A stretch of 64,000 bases of DNA, from the IMG/VR virus record IMGVR_UViG_3300028197_000003, positions 128,352-192,351 of that record. The stretch is one strand, 5' to 3'. This stretch comes from a virus. Shown here piece after piece: positions 9,912 through 17,444 of the stretch (positions within the stretch are counted from its first letter, which is position 1; each line of letters starts with the position of its first letter). The notes beneath the pieces are model-generated. The model saw only the letters and a program-made list of their open reading frames with translations, was not told where the DNA came from and made no database searches. Made by a program: the position numbers and the translations under genes.

Positions 9912-11020
9912 AGTTTCTCATTGATCTAACAGATCATTGTAACTCCAAGTGTCCTCTATGTGCTAGGCATAAGACATCATATAATGATGAGGTTGCGGTG
10001 CTTGCACCTGACCCATCAATGAACCTGTCAAAGATTTCACTTGATCAATGGAAGACATGGTTCCCACAAAAGACCCTTGAGAAGACAGAGTTGATCTACT
10101 TCCAAGGGTCTTTTGGTGAGCCAACATTGTGTGATGATCTGCTTGAGATATATGCCTATACTCTAAAGTCAAATCCCAATATTGTTTTCCAAATGAGTAC
10201 CAATGGAGGCACTCGTGACGATGCATTTTGGGGAAGACTTGGTGCTCTCATGGGAGCATCACATAAAGATAGTTTCCTCATCTTTTCTATTGACGGTCTA
10301 GAGGATACGCTGCAGCATTACCGCGTAGGTGTGGACTATAAGAAGGTGATGAGGAGTGCTAAAGCATTCATTGCGGCAGGTGGTCCTGCTGTCTGGAGGA
10401 TGCTAGTCTTCAAACATAACCAACATCAGATAAAAAGATGTAAGACGTTGAGTAAACTGTGGAAGTTCAAAGACTTTCAACATACTCGTGTCAATGATAT
10501 GTATGACGCTAGTGGTCGTGGTGATGGTAAATTTACGTACTCATACAGAGATAAGGTGCATACCTTACAAGTAGCAGACGATCCTGACCATGTGTACCAC
10601 CCAGACCCCGTAGCAGAGGACTCAGAGGTGGTGTGCCGCTATAAGCATAGCAAAGGTACTCCTGGTCAACTGAGGATCGATAGCAGGGGTGTGGTGCATG
10701 CCTGCTGCTTCCATCAGTCACGCCTTAGGTTCTTCTACCCTGGATATTATATTGACAATGATCCTGATGCACCTGCTGTCTTCCGTGACATCAAAAACCC
10801 AAACAAGGGAGTGGGTGCAGAATACATGCAAAAAGTTTTCTGGGACAGCGTTATCCCTTTGATTGAAGAGCAGGGAGGTATCAAATCTATCTCATTGGAA
10901 CACAAATCGTTACAAGAGGTGCTACAGACTCCCTTTTTCCAGCATACTCTGGTAGACTCTTGGAGTAGTAAACCACACATCTGTGCGGACTATTGTGGGA
11001 AGAAAAGACGTGTCGATTGA
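9908..11020 (+). CDS. Radical SAM protein with SPASM/twitch-like C-terminal Cys
   Basis: CNSKCPLC, GEPTL, STNGG, C-terminal C...CC...CADYC. Confidence 0.9.
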   Translation: MKFLIDLTDHCNSKCPLCARHKTSYNDEVAVLAPDPSMNLSKISLDQWKTWFPQKTLEKTELIYFQGSFGEPTLCDDLLEIYAYTLKSNPNIVFQMSTNGGTRDDAFWGRLGALMGASHKDSFLIFSIDGLEDTLQHYRVGVDYKKVMRSAKAFIAAGGPAVWRMLVFKHNQHQIKRCKTLSKLWKFKDFQHTRVNDMYDASGRGDGKFTYSYRDKVHTLQVADDPDHVYHPDPVAEDSEVVCRYKHSKGTPGQLRIDSRGVVHACCFHQSRLRFFYPGYYIDNDPDAPAVFRDIKNPNKGVGAEYMQKVFWDSVIPLIEEQGGIKSISLEHKSLQEVLQTPFFQHTLVDSWSSKPHICADYCGKKRRVD

Positions 11021-11044
11021 TACTGACGTTCTTCTCTATATAAT
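11017..11044 (+). promoter_or_regulatory. Sigma70-like promoter ahead of the riboswitch-like leader
   Basis: TTGATA-N16-TATAAT. Confidence 0.6.
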
Positions 11045-11058
11045 ATAACATCATGCGA

Positions 11059-11102
11059 ATCGTTCATCCCCGTTGAGGGGACGCAAGTAAGTCGCGGAAC
11101 GG
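11059..11102 (+). ncRNA. Glutamine riboswitch-like aptamer 1 (glnA-like)
   Basis: P1 CGTTC/GAACG, P2 TCCCC/GGGGA, junction CGCAAGTAAG resembling the glnA-motif core as recalled. Confidence 0.65.
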
Positions 11103-11105
11103 AGC

Positions 11106-11294
11106 CGTTCATCCCAATGCTTGAAATACTTCTGTATTCATCACTCACCTGTCAACAAGCTGATACAATCATGCTGAAGATGAAAGCAAACGAGAATCTC
11201 TCAAATGCTTTCAAGGTAGAGTTGATAGAGACCGTAAAGGAATCTACACCAGAATGTCGCTGGTATTGGGACGCACACGACTGAAGGAACGGGG
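11106..11294 (+). ncRNA. Glutamine-II (Downstream-peptide)-like aptamer 2 with ORF-sized P2 loop
   Basis: CGTTCA-TCCCAA ... TTGGGA-CGCACACGACTGAAGGAACGGG; lies upstream of a YRG peptide gene. Confidence 0.65.
11117..11284 (+). CDS. 55-aa ORF nested within aptamer 2
   Basis: ATG...TGA open frame MLEILLYSSLTCQQADTIMLKMKANENLSNAFKVELIETVKESTPECRWYWDAHD; below ORF-track cutoff. Confidence 0.65.
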   Translation: MLEILLYSSLTCQQADTIMLKMKANENLSNAFKVELIETVKESTPECRWYWDAHD

Positions 11295-11325
11295 ACTAAA
11301 AAACCCATCCTTTAGGAGACCTACA

Positions 11326-11490
11326 GTGAACACACTGACATTGATCCGGAATCAGATTGAAAAGGCAGCACGTCTTCATGACGCACAAATTGCTCACACT
11401 TCCTATCGTGGTGTGAAGTATGAATGCCTTGAAACTAATGAGGAAACTCATGGTACCTTCTGCTATCGGGGTCGCACTTACACAAAGTGA
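11326..11490 (+). CDS. DUF4278-like 'downstream peptide'
   Basis: AGGAG SD then GTG start; two YRG motifs (SYRGVKY, CYRGRTY). Confidence 0.75.
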   Translation: MNTLTLIRNQIEKAARLHDAQIAHTSYRGVKYECLETNEETHGTFCYRGRTYTK

Positions 11491-11531
11491 AAAGTAAGAT
11501 ACATTTGCTAGTCAAATGATCTTGTATAACT

Positions 11532-11570
11532 AAGGGAAGGTTTGACACCTTCCCTTTTTTGTTTTATAAT
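11532..11570 (+). promoter_or_regulatory. Overlapping terminator and sigma70 promoter
   Basis: AAGGGAAGGT-TTGAC-ACCTTCCCTT+T run; TTGACA(11542)-N17-TATAAT(11565). Confidence 0.8.
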
Positions 11571-11576
11571 ACAACC

Positions 11577-11729
11577 ATGGAACGAGACAAACTCAAGATT
11601 ATTGTTTCCGATTTGGAAATGCTTCTCAGTGCTCTCAAAGCAGAGGTCTACTCTGATGTGGCGTCTTACCGTTTCGACGAGTGTGACCCTGTTGAGCAAA
11701 ACTACGACGAAATTTACGAAGGTCCATGA
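11577..11729 (+). CDS. Small conserved cyanophage protein
   Basis: MERDKLKIIVSDLEMLLSALKAEVYSD...; ATGA overlap with thyX. Confidence 0.7.
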   Translation: MERDKLKIIVSDLEMLLSALKAEVYSDVASYRFDECDPVEQNYDEIYEGP

Positions 11730-12373
11730 CAGTAGAACTTATCAGTGTTACTCCTGATTCTGAGCAGATGATGGCGTACATTGCTCGTGTGAGCAATCCT
11801 GCTAATCAAGAGAATGAAAAGTATTCTGGTCTACTAAAGTATTGTATCAAGCACAACCATTGGAGTGTGTTTGAGCAATCAACAATGACTTTGGAGATCT
11901 TTACAACTAGAGCAATCGCAGCTCAAATTTTGAGGCACCGCTCATTCACATTCCAAGAGTTTTCACAAAGATATGCTGACACTAAACTGCTGAAGGATAA
12001 CATTCCTCTTCCTGCAATGCGTCGTCAGGATACTAAGAATAGGCAAAATAGTATTGATGATTTGGATCCATATACTATTCAGAAATTGGAGTTACAGATG
12101 CAAACTCTATTCTCCTCTGCACAATCACTTTACAATCAGATGCTAGAGGAGGGTGTCGCAAAGGAATGTGCAAGAATGGTGCTTCCACTGTGTACTCCCA
12201 CCAAAATCTACATGACAGGCTCATGCAGATCATGGATCCATTACATCAATCTGAGGTCTGAAAACGGCACTCAGAAGGAGCACATGGACATCGCTCATGC
12301 ATGTAAGAAGATTTTTATTGAACAGTATCCTTCTGTGAGTGAGGCATTGGAATGGGTAAAATCTGCGGAATAA
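11726..12373 (+). CDS. thyX: Flavin-dependent thymidylate synthase
   Basis: HWSVFE, RHRSFTFQEFSQRY signature, AR.VLP. Confidence 0.97.
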   Translation: MTVELISVTPDSEQMMAYIARVSNPANQENEKYSGLLKYCIKHNHWSVFEQSTMTLEIFTTRAIAAQILRHRSFTFQEFSQRYADTKLLKDNIPLPAMRRQDTKNRQNSIDDLDPYTIQKLELQMQTLFSSAQSLYNQMLEEGVAKECARMVLPLCTPTKIYMTGSCRSWIHYINLRSENGTQKEHMDIAHACKKIFIEQYPSVSEALEWVKSAE

Positions 12374-13344
12374 ATCTGTCGCATAATGGATCTCTTGCCA
12401 TCCTTGAGGATGGTGAGGTCCAATTCTACATTGAAGAAGAAAGATTGAGTCGTGTCAAGCGGGATAGGTCTGCTTTGACTGCTGCGACTCAATTTTTAGA
12501 TGATTCTATTGGTGTGGTCACTATATGTGACTGCTATACCACATACAATTTGAAAAAATACCTGTTTAGAACCAAGCAGGCAAACAAAATCATTGATCTA
12601 GTCAAGGAAAAAGGACTTCCTCTAAAAGATTATCGTGACAGGCATCATGAATGTCATGCAGCGAATGCATATTACAACTCTGAGTTCAAAGATGCTGCTG
12701 TCATCGTCATGGATGGTAAAGGTTCTTTGCACCATCATAAAGATCTGAAGTTCTGTGAGACTGAAAGTATTTTTGACGTAAACGACGGAAAGTTTGAGTC
12801 AGTCTTCAAACATTACTCTACGTTCTGGAGCGAAGATGAGTCTAACAAGTTAGGTTCTTCTTTCTGGGACGGTAAAAACTTTTACAGTAATAGGACCAGC
12901 GTTGGTCAGGCGTATCGTAGAGTGTCACGATACTGTGGGTTTGATGAAACTGATGCTGGTAAGACCATGGGTCTATCCACGTACGGTGCAGCACCCATAG
13001 ATCTATTTGAGATTGACAATGGGCATAGCGTGTGCTCTACTGAACTCAGTCCAGAAGGTAATACCACCAGGTATACTGGACATGAGTGGCACCCTGAAGA
13101 CTTAGCATATCGACTACAAAAGTCTGCTGAGGAACATGCTATGTTCATGCTTGAGAAAGCATACGAGTTGACCGGTAAGGAGAACGTGGTTCTTACAGGA
13201 GGATTTTTCCTCAACTGTATTGCAAACCACCAGCTCCTAAAAACTGGTATAAATTTGTATGTAGATCCCCTTGCTTATGATGGCGGTCTTGCCATCGGTT
13301 CTGCTCTATTAGAACATTATGAGAACACTGTACCTCGGTCCTGA
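12352..13344 (+). CDS. Carbamoyltransferase N-terminal (Kae1-like) domain protein 1
   Basis: GINLSHNGS, EEERLSRVK, HHECH, MDGKG, GKTMGL, DGGLAIG (NodU/CmcH/TobZ family). Confidence 0.88.
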   Translation: MGKICGINLSHNGSLAILEDGEVQFYIEEERLSRVKRDRSALTAATQFLDDSIGVVTICDCYTTYNLKKYLFRTKQANKIIDLVKEKGLPLKDYRDRHHECHAANAYYNSEFKDAAVIVMDGKGSLHHHKDLKFCETESIFDVNDGKFESVFKHYSTFWSEDESNKLGSSFWDGKNFYSNRTSVGQAYRRVSRYCGFDETDAGKTMGLSTYGAAPIDLFEIDNGHSVCSTELSPEGNTTRYTGHEWHPEDLAYRLQKSAEEHAMFMLEKAYELTGKENVVLTGGFFLNCIANHQLLKTGINLYVDPLAYDGGLAIGSALLEHYENTVPRS

Positions 13345-13915
13345 ATACGATCTTTCTTTTGTTGATGGTGAGGATGTAACTTACAAAGATGTAGCAGACA
13401 TCATCGCAGATAAAAAAGTAGTTGCAATGTTCCAAGGGAGATCAGAGGCAGGTCCTCGTGCTCTTGGAAATAGATCTTTGTTGTATGATCCTCGTGATCA
13501 TGAGGCACAGAAGACCGTCAACCTAATCAAAAAGCGTGAGCACTGGAGACCATTTGCTGCCAGTGTCATGCTTGAATATGCAAACGATTGGTTTGACATG
13601 CGTGGACTTGATGAGTCACCGTTCATGATGTATGCCATGGATGCACGTCCAGTTAGTTGGCATTTGATTCCAGGTGTCCTGCATATTGATAAGACTTGTC
13701 GTATTCAAACTGTTACTGAGAAACAGAACGAGCACTACTACAAACTAATCCATGCATTTTGGGACAAGACAGGCATCCCAATGCTGTTCAACACCTCATT
13801 CAACCTGGCAGGTGAACCATTAGTAGAGTCTCCGCAGGATGCATTCAAAACATTCTATGAGTCTGACATACCATACCTATACTTTCCAGAGGTCGGAAAG
13901 ATAGTGCGAAAATGA
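13319..13915 (+). CDS. Carbamoyltransferase C-terminal (YrdC-like) domain protein
   Basis: YLGPEY, FQGRSEAGPRALGNRS, KREHWRPFA, NTSFN. Confidence 0.92.
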   Translation: MRTLYLGPEYDLSFVDGEDVTYKDVADIIADKKVVAMFQGRSEAGPRALGNRSLLYDPRDHEAQKTVNLIKKREHWRPFAASVMLEYANDWFDMRGLDESPFMMYAMDARPVSWHLIPGVLHIDKTCRIQTVTEKQNEHYYKLIHAFWDKTGIPMLFNTSFNLAGEPLVESPQDAFKTFYESDIPYLYFPEVGKIVRK

Positions 13916-14727
13916 CTTTTCATTTACGAAAAAGTGGGAAAAAAACTCGGGCAAAAAATTTGCTCCTAGGGTTGAACCTGTCTAATAACGGATCTGCTTG
14001 TCTACTTGAGGATGGTAAACCTGTTTGGTATCTGGAGGCAGAGCGTGTTTCCTATGTAAAGTATGACTATGATATCAGGTCTCTACTTGATATGTTACCT
14101 GAGGGAATAGATCATATTGCTTTAGCAGATTCCTTTTGGAAACGTGGTAACAAGCAGGTTGATAACATCAAGATGTTGTCTGCTGTCAAGAGAAAGTTTC
14201 CTGGTGCTACACTGTATGACTACAGAAAAAAGCACCATATGACACACGCTGCATGTGGTTTCTACAACTCAGGATTTGAAACTGCCACTTGTATTGTGGT
14301 TGACTCTAATGGATCAAAAACACCTGAAGGTTTAGAGATAGAATCTATTTTCTTTGCTCCCACCTGGGGGGTAATTCATAAGACCATGTTCTCTCCTGAT
14401 AATATTGGATTTGGTAGGAGATTTGAAGAGGCATGTATAGAATATGGATGGCACTACATGGATGCAGGTAAGGTTATGGGAAAAAGTGTTTATAATTCTG
14501 AACCTGCCAAGTCTTTGCAGGCAGAGTGGGAGGAGAGGGTGTTAGAACTGATCCGTATGGCACCTACAACAAATATTGTCCTTGCAGGAGGATGTTTCTT
14601 GAATTGTGTAGCAAACTACAAGGCACTGGGAAGATTTCCTGATCATAGTTTCTATGCAGAACCACTAGCAAATGATGGAGGCACTGCCATGGGTGCTGCT
14701 TATTTGGCATATCATGGCATCAATTGA
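13912..14727 (+). CDS. Carbamoyltransferase N-terminal domain protein 2 (alternative TTG start at 13960)
   Basis: GLNLSNNGS, EAERVS, HHMTH, GKVMG, NDGGTAMG. Confidence 0.85.
   Translation: MTFHLRKSGKKTRAKNLLLGLNLSNNGSACLLEDGKPVWYLEAERVSYVKYDYDIRSLLDMLPEGIDHIALADSFWKRGNKQVDNIKMLSAVKRKFPGATLYDYRKKHHMTHAACGFYNSGFETATCIVVDSNGSKTPEGLEIESIFFAPTWGVIHKTMFSPDNIGFGRRFEEACIEYGWHYMDAGKVMGKSVYNSEPAKSLQAEWEERVLELIRMAPTTNIVLAGGCFLNCVANYKALGRFPDHSFYAEPLANDGGTAMGAAYLAYHGIN
13936..13958 (+). repeat. A-tract junction motif, copy 2
   Basis: GGGAAAAAAACTCGGGCAAAAAA. Confidence 0.75.
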
Positions 14728-15505
14728 CATCTTAGATATCAGCGCATCTATTGGTTGCAACCTTCAATGTAAGGGATGCAATCATTTCAGTAACTATTTT
14801 GCTCCTGGTAGTAAGGTAGACACTGACAGTTTGCTTGATGACATAGCAACTCTATTGCCTAGAGTAAATATAGGTAGAGTGTCCGTCATTGGTGGCGAAC
14901 CACTACTAAATCCCCGTTGTGAGGAGATTGTAAATGCATGTACAACACACACTGATTCTCCTGTCTATCTCTATAGCAATGGTCTATTGCTCCTACAGAA
15001 TGAAGCATGGATCAAAAAGAGTTTAGAGAATCCACAAATATTTCTTAGGATTAGCATTCATCTACCAGAAGTAGAACAGATTATCAAAGAGTTCAACCAC
15101 CCTAAGGTTCTTGTTACTGAGCATCATACTGGTAAAGATAGGTGGTTCAACTCTATCAAAAAGAGAGATGGTAAGGTCTATCCTTACGAGCATAAGAATC
15201 CCGCAAAGAGTTTCAAGGTTTGTTCTTGTCCTAATGCACAGTTGTATGGGGGGAAACTGTGGAAGTGTCCCAACACAGCATTTCTGAGGGAACTATTATA
15301 TGTGACTGATCAACAGAATGATCCTGAGTGGCAGGAGTATCTTGTCGATGGTGTTCCTGTTGATTGTAGTGATGATGCATTGACAAAATTCTGTACTAAT
15401 AGTAGACTCTCAGAAAGTGTATGTAACATGTGTACTGCCAAACCGATAAAGTTCAGTGCTGCACTGCAAGAACGGAGTAAACGAAAGGTTATTCCTTCAA
15501 AATAA
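14714..15505 (+). CDS. Radical SAM protein (paralog of 17445)
   Basis: CNLQCKGC, GGEPLL, SNG, CSCPNAQLY..KLWKCP, CNMC. Confidence 0.9.
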   Translation: MASIDILDISASIGCNLQCKGCNHFSNYFAPGSKVDTDSLLDDIATLLPRVNIGRVSVIGGEPLLNPRCEEIVNACTTHTDSPVYLYSNGLLLLQNEAWIKKSLENPQIFLRISIHLPEVEQIIKEFNHPKVLVTEHHTGKDRWFNSIKKRDGKVYPYEHKNPAKSFKVCSCPNAQLYGGKLWKCPNTAFLRELLYVTDQQNDPEWQEYLVDGVPVDCSDDALTKFCTNSRLSESVCNMCTAKPIKFSAALQERSKRKVIPSK

Positions 15506-15525
15506 ATAACCAAAACTACCCTCAC

Positions 15526-15777
15526 ATGCCAACATATCCCGTAAAACATCTGACTACCGGAGAAACAAAGGAATTGTCAATGAAAGTTGCTGACTATGAT
15601 CAGTGGCGTAAAGAAAATCCCGATTGGGATAAAGATTGGTCTGCTGGTGTCTGTATGACCGTTAGTGGTACAGGCGATGTTTACAGTAGGACTGATGGCG
15701 GATGGAATGAAGTTCTATCAAAGGTTGCACAAGTTCCTGGTTCAAAAGTCAAACCCCAGAAAACCATACACTCATGA
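15526..15777 (+). CDS. Conserved cyanophage protein upstream of phoH
   Basis: MPTYP..., GWNEVLSKV; AATAAATA site at 15501. Confidence 0.7.
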   Translation: MPTYPVKHLTTGETKELSMKVADYDQWRKENPDWDKDWSAGVCMTVSGTGDVYSRTDGGWNEVLSKVAQVPGSKVKPQKTIHS

Positions 15778-16529
15778 CAGCACGTCGTAAGAAACTTTCT
15801 TCATCTGTTGGTGCTGGCATGACTGCCAAGCAAATGCGTCGTAAGAAACCAATCAATTCTGAGTCGATGGTAGAAATTCTACCAATTACAGATAATCAGG
15901 AGACGGTATTCCAAAAGTACAGAGAAGATCAAAACCTATTTCTATATGGGTGTGCTGGTACTGGTAAAACATTCATCACTCTTTACCTGGCATTGAGAGA
16001 TGTGCTTGATCCTTTGACGCATTATAACAAGGTAGTTCTTGTTCGGTCACTGGTGTCAACCCGTGAGATTGGTTTTCTTCCTGGCGACCACGAGGATAAA
16101 TCTGCTCTTTACCAAATTCCTTATAAGAATATGGTGAAGTACATGTTTGAGATGCCTACGGACAGTGACTTTGAAATGCTTTGGGGTAATCTGAAAGCAC
16201 AGGAATCAGTGACGTTTTGGTCTACTAGCTTTATCCGTGGCACCACGCTGGATGATGCTATTATTATTGTAGATGAGTCTCAAAACCTAAATTTCCACGA
16301 ACTTGACAGCATCATCACCCGTGTGGGTGAAGGTTCTAAGATCATGTTCTGTGGTGATGTAGCACAGACTGATCTTGTCAAGACCAATGAAAAAAATGGA
16401 ATCTTAGATTTCATGAAGATTATCCAACGTATGTCAGAGTTTGATTCAATCGAATTTGGCATTGACGATATTGTTCGCTCTGGACTTGTCAAGTCTTATA
16501 TAACTAGCAAAATTGAACTTGGTATGTGA
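15774..16529 (+). CDS. phoH: PhoH-family ATPase
   Basis: GCAGTGKT, GFLPGD, RGTTL, DESQN, TRVG, GDVAQTD, VRSGLVK. Confidence 0.97.
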   Translation: MTARRKKLSSSVGAGMTAKQMRRKKPINSESMVEILPITDNQETVFQKYREDQNLFLYGCAGTGKTFITLYLALRDVLDPLTHYNKVVLVRSLVSTREIGFLPGDHEDKSALYQIPYKNMVKYMFEMPTDSDFEMLWGNLKAQESVTFWSTSFIRGTTLDDAIIIVDESQNLNFHELDSIITRVGEGSKIMFCGDVAQTDLVKTNEKNGILDFMKIIQRMSEFDSIEFGIDDIVRSGLVKSYITSKIELGM

Positions 16530-17194
16530 TGTTTGACCATGTAGAATGTGATCTTCCGCGACTTCAGCGGAAGAATATTGAAGGAGTCCGTTTTTACACA
16601 GTCAATGACCGACCGATGGTGTCCATCACCTCGGTCACTTCTCATTGGAGTGCAAAGAAATTTGTCGAGTGGAGGAAACGTGTTGGTAATGAGGAAGCAA
16701 ACCGCATTACTAAACGTGCTACTAGTAGAGGTACGGAATGTCACGAGTTGATCGAGACATTTATGCTCAACAAAGAGGTGGAGTATAAGAATCCTGGACC
16801 GAAAATGCTATTTCTCCAGGCAAAGAAAACATTACAAAATATAAATAACATATACGCATTAGAAAAAAGTCTCTACAGCGAGGAACTTGGAGTCGCAGGT
16901 ACAGTAGATTGCATCGCTGAGTACAATGGAGAACTTGCAATCATTGACTTCAAAACATCAGCAAAACCTAAACCTAGGGATTGGATTGAAGGTTACTTTG
17001 TACAAGCAGCAGGATATGCTTGTATGTTCTTTGAACGTACTGGTATCCCCGTAAAAAAACTTGTCATTATCATGACATGTGAGAACGGAGAGGTGCAAGT
17101 GTACGAAGAGTATGATAAAATGAAATATATGAAACTTCTTGTTCAATACATCGAGAAATTCGTTGAAGAAAAAATCACAGCACTCCAAGTCTGA
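16526..17194 (+). CDS. PD-(D/E)XK exonuclease (Cas4/RecB-like)
   Basis: SITSV, RGTECH, AGTVDC...IIDFKTS, QAAGY. Confidence 0.88.
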   Translation: MMFDHVECDLPRLQRKNIEGVRFYTVNDRPMVSITSVTSHWSAKKFVEWRKRVGNEEANRITKRATSRGTECHELIETFMLNKEVEYKNPGPKMLFLQAKKTLQNINNIYALEKSLYSEELGVAGTVDCIAEYNGELAIIDFKTSAKPKPRDWIEGYFVQAAGYACMFFERTGIPVKKLVIIMTCENGEVQVYEEYDKMKYMKLLVQYIEKFVEEKITALQV

Positions 17195-17195
17195 A

Positions 17196-17444
17196 ATGAA
17201 ATCCATTTTGAAAAGTAAATTCTTGTGTCAAGACAAGTTTACTAATGACATTGAGAACATAGTAAAAAACAATGCTGAAATGAATTACATTGAGGCAATT
17301 TGTTTTTACTGCGAGTCAAACAACATTGAGATTGAATCTGTTTCTAATCTCATCACAAAACCTTTGAAAGAAAAACTCAAGGGCAATGCTATGACCCTAA
17401 ATTACTTGAAGAGGACATCTAGGGCAAAGTTCTTTAGTATCTAA
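17196..17444 (+). CDS. gp33: Late-promoter transcription coactivator
   Basis: YIEAICFYCESNNIEIESV..LITKPLKEKLK..A..LNYLK. Confidence 0.88.
   Translation: MKSILKSKFLCQDKFTNDIENIVKNNAEMNYIEAICFYCESNNIEIESVSNLITKPLKEKLKGNAMTLNYLKRTSRAKFFSI

Noticed and set aside
11041-11320. tRNA interpretation of the structured intergenic region
   Set aside because: No cloverleaf, T-loop or CCA end; the pattern fits glutamine-riboswitch-like motifs better
11254-11325. Longer TTG-start version of the YRG peptide given in the ORF track
   Set aside because: The extension is the riboswitch-like sequence; the AGGAG SD points to GTG at 11326
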